Origin: Octopus sinensis
Lineage: Eukaryota
Direction: 5' to 3'
Assembly: GCF_006345805.1 (NCBI RefSeq)
Contig: NC_043000.1
Coordinates: 149,730,001-149,794,000, forward strand
DNA length: 64,000 nucleotides
Below, piece by piece: positions 60,911 to 64,000 of the stretch. The stretch's first letter is position 1. Every line of letters begins with the position of its first letter. Under the pieces are notes generated by a model. It was not told the DNA's origin and searched no databases. It saw nothing but the letters and a program-made list of their open reading frames with translations. Made by a program: the position numbers and the translations under genes.

Positions 60911-61919
60911 GCATGTGTGTGAGTGTGTTCGTGCGCGCGTGCTACCGTTCACTTCACTCCCCACCTTCTTCGCAGACTTCAAAGGCAAATAAACATCAGT
61001 TTCAACCGGACATAAAAAACAAAAGTAAATATATTGAAATTCTTTACTAAAAGTGCCCAACAATCAGCTGTGGATTTTTGACATTTATGCCACTCACATC
61101 GATCTATTGAATTGCGATATTATTTTCATTTTCAAAAAAAAAACAATGGACAAATAACAAGAAATTATACACGAGATAGCAACCATGGTTTTGTTTAAAT
61201 AGTGTAGATTACATATGAAGCATGTTGACAATGTTTTCTCGTTTGATTTTGTTGATACAATAGATAGATAATCTTAGTACTAATATATTTATTTTTACAA
61301 TGTATTTTATAACGGTTTGGCGAAGTTTCGTATGTCGTAGATCAGATTTCCGTCGATTTCCGTAAAAAACTTTTATTTTTTTACATAAGTAATGAGAGCG
61401 AAAGAGACTAAGAGGAAGCGATTTTACGACGATAAGGTTTCACTTTGAAATCGGCCTGTGTGCGTTTGATGGGGTGTGGGAGACAGACAGTATGTTGTGT
61501 AAGTGAAGTGCTTCTGTTAGTGTGTGCGAAGAGACAGAGAGAGTAATGTGTGAAGAGAGAGATAACTGATTTTTTTACTCGGTGTATGTGTATATGTATG
61601 TATGCATGTATGTTGTGTGGTGTGTGTATGTATCTATGTATGTGTGTGTGTTTATGTATGTATGTATGTATGTATGGCCGGCATAGACTTTTCAACACAG
61701 AACATTACCAATCGGATTTTGTCACTTTTCCTTACACATTTTGTACTGTTCGTTCCTTTTGCTGCACAACACAATGTTTACACATGCATATATATGCATG
61801 CTTGCACCCAGTTTCTGTGCACCTCTATAGACTATTAACTTTTTTTTCCTTTGAATGCAACTCTTTCTCTCATGAGAAGAATATCTCCTCATTTTATAAC
61901 TCTCCCATCTTTTTCTTAC

Positions 61920-61956
61920 CATTTCACCATCGTCACATCAACAGAGAGACATAAGG
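61920..61956 (-). CDS. CCDC13: Candidate CCDC13 exon 2 ending in the start codon (ATG 61922-61920)
   Basis: TGTGCAG|...GGTGAAATG|GTAAGA. ATG in phase 0 joins exon 42393 to give MVLDLTDSS with purine at -3 and G at +4. No homology support. Confidence 0.4.
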
Positions 61957-62161
61957 CTGCACAGTAGCAGTCGACAAGGCATGTATAACGATTAAATAAA
62001 AAAAAATTTAAACCGCGATATGGCGAGGGGATATTGTGTGTGTTGTGTGTATATATATTATATATATATATATATATATTATATATGTGTGTGTGTGTGT
62101 ATATATATGCATGCATGCATGTATAAAGAGAAAGACAAAAACTAAAAGCCGAATTACTTAC

Positions 62162-62200
62162 CGCTGCTTTTTAGCGTTGTTATTGTTGCCATAACAACAG
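62162..62200 (-). other. CCDC13: Putative non-coding first exon of CCDC13 (upstream boundary unknown)
   Basis: Strong donor GCG|GTAAGT at 62162/62161; X-box 23-36 nt upstream; unique CpG-retaining sequence. Confidence 0.55.
62185..62198. promoter_or_regulatory. RFX X-box motif
   Basis: GTTGCCATAACAAC fits the X-box consensus (GTTGCC-AT-RRCAAC type) and sits at the predicted 5' end of a ciliary gene. Confidence 0.65.
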
Positions 62201-62311
62201 TATAGAGTTATCTTTCCTTTACTAAAAACGTATTTACAGACTCTCCCTAACTTTTAATCCTCATTCACACTTACACATTAAATCCACTTCAGAACCAAAA
62301 CAACAAAGAGT

Positions 62312-62712
62312 TACTCTTTTACTTGTTTCAGGCATTTGACTGCGGCCATGCTGGAGCACCGCCTTTAGTCGAGCAAATCGACCCCGGGACTTATTCTTTG
62401 TAAGCCCAGTACTTATTCTATCGGTCTCTTTTACCGAACCTCTAAGTGACGGGGACGTAAACACACCAGCATCGGTTGTCAAGCAATGCTAGGGGGACAA
62501 AAACAGACACACAAACACACACACACATATATATATATACATATATACGACAGGCTTCTTTCAGTTTCCGTCTACCAAATCCACTCACAAGGCATTGGTC
62601 GGCCCGGGGCTATAGCAGAAGACACTTGCCCAAGATGCCACGCAGTGGGATTGAACCCGGAACCATGTGGCTGGTTAGCAAGCTACTTACCACACAGCCA
62701 CTCCTGCGCCTA
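62312..62712 (-). mobile_element. SINE family A in the putative promoter
   Basis: Full match; tail ends ~110 nt from the X-box. Confidence 0.9.
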
Positions 62713-63171
62713 TTTATTAATTTATTTTCATTTCAGTATCGTACTTATATAGGATCTTTTCGGTTTGAACGGCAGTTTTTAACATAATTTCTAGATAACT
62801 AAATTATTTTAAACTTCGTATACTGGTAGAATGTGTTTATAAAACATCTTTTTCTCTTGGCATTATTGAGAATATTCTATCGTTTGTAAGATATTTGTTG
62901 TTGTTGTTTTTCTTCAATTTCTGCAATTTCAACCAATCAGTGATGTCTATTGAGTTAAAGAGCATTCTGTGCCGTATGAATATGTCCCTCGTTTAAGAAA
63001 CAGATAGGGTTTATTTACATTTGTGAAGAAAAAAAGATACCGTTCCCCCCACCCCTAACCCTAACCCTAAAACAGATTGAAATGCAATAGATCGATTCTA
63101 GGGTCATAATTATGGGTGACAATTTCATATGGCACCGGTACATATAGATATATGTGCGTGCATATATATAG

Positions 63172-63500
63172 ACCACTTCGGTCAAGAATGACCAGGGGAT
63201 GCACACAGAAAGTCCCCATCCGAGGCACAAGTCTGAGCAAGGTTGTTTATGGAAGACAAGCGGTCACTCATGCATACCAGCCTCTCCATCCACGTCACTG
63301 ATGTTATCAAATGGAAAGGTAAAGGCCGATACAGCTTGGCATCAGTGACGGCGCAACTTATTTCTACAGCTTAGTGAACTAACACAACATGAAATAAAGT
63401 ATCTTGCTCAAGAACACAACAAAGAGCCCAGCCCGAGAATCGAACTCACTACCTCATGACTGTCAGCCGGACGCTCTGACCACTGAGCCATACGCTTTCA
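63172..63500 (-). mobile_element. tRNA/CORE SINE (family D-like head, different tail)
   Basis: TGGCTCAGTGGTCAGAGC A-box, GAGTTCGATTCTC B-box, TTCTTGAGCAAGATACTT. Confidence 0.75.
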
Positions 63501-63509
63501 AGCTTTGAA

Positions 63510-63756
63510 GATCGTGAGCGTAGTGGACACCCATCTGTCATCGATGACGGTCAATTAAAGACCGTTATTGAGAAAGATCACTGGCAAAAGAACTGCCTGC
63601 AACCATTTGCATGCGATCGGAAAATATGTAAAAGCTCGACAAATGGAAACCACAGAAAATCATAAAATACAAAGATATGAAATTAGATCGTCGCTTCTCC
63701 GAAACCAGAACGATCCATTTCTCGACCGTATTCTAACGTGCGATGAAAAGTGGAGT

Positions 63757-63757
<1 letters not shown>
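63510..63757 (+). mobile_element. Mariner transposase fragment
   Basis: PSVIDDGQLKTVIEKD, NHLHAIGK, LLRNQNDPFLDRILTCDEKW. Confidence 0.8.
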
Positions 63758-63796
<39 letters not shown>

Positions 63797-63823
63797 CGCG
63801 TGTATGTATGTATGTATCTATAC

Positions 63824-64000
63824 ATTTGACTGCGGCCATGCTGGAGCACCGCCTTTAACGAGCAAATCGACCCCAGGACTTATTCTTTGGAAGCCCAGTA
63901 CTTATTCTATCGGTCTCTTTTGCCGAAACGCTAAGTTACAGGGATGTAAACACGCCACCATCGGTTGTCAAGCGATGTTGGGGGGACAAACACCAAACAC
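63824..64000 (-). mobile_element. SINE family A 3' half (runs off the window)
   Basis: CATTTGACTGCGGCCATGCTGGAGCACC body. Confidence 0.85.

Noticed and set aside
63053-63070. (CCCTAA)3 telomere-like repeat
   Set aside because: Only three units, inside an interspersed repeat (~62755-63135); no evidence of a telomere or fusion site.

Overview
AT-rich, repeat-dense animal genomic DNA. The SINE repertoire points to an octopus or other coleoid cephalopod (inference, no database search). One host gene spans almost the whole window on the minus strand: a CCDC13 (coiled-coil centriolar-satellite/ciliary protein) orthologue. I traced eight phase-compatible coding exons (815 nt, 42393 down to 8027). 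A putative 5' end near 62.2 kb carries an RFX X-box. The gene continues past the left edge. None of these exons is annotated as such in the ORF track, and nearly all track ORFs are repeat or microsatellite artefacts. The introns hold ~23 copies of a tRNA/CORE-type SINE with an internal microsatellite, ~13 copies of a second SINE, 5 of a third, and ~20 truncated 3' ends of an RTE LINE plus a 2.4-kb parent copy. They also hold two decayed Ty3/Gypsy elements, Tx1-like and CR1 LINE pieces, mariner and Chapaev3-like transposase relics, piggyBac-type MITEs, Helitrons, foldback elements and long microsatellites. The most unusual signals are: (1) a head-to-head Penelope-like inverted duplication whose arms end in minimal hammerhead ribozyme motifs, one in the sense of the pre-mRNA; (2) a hammerhead-like fold with a swapped G3:C8 core; (3) a modular hairpin array in the RTE 3' UTR; (4) a MITE carrying a LINE fragment apparently copied from 4.6 kb away; (5) many long intronic dsRNA-forming structures. 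No CRISPR array, rRNA or bona fide tRNA gene was seen. Repeat boundaries are approximate (about +/-10 nt) and identities are by-eye estimates.
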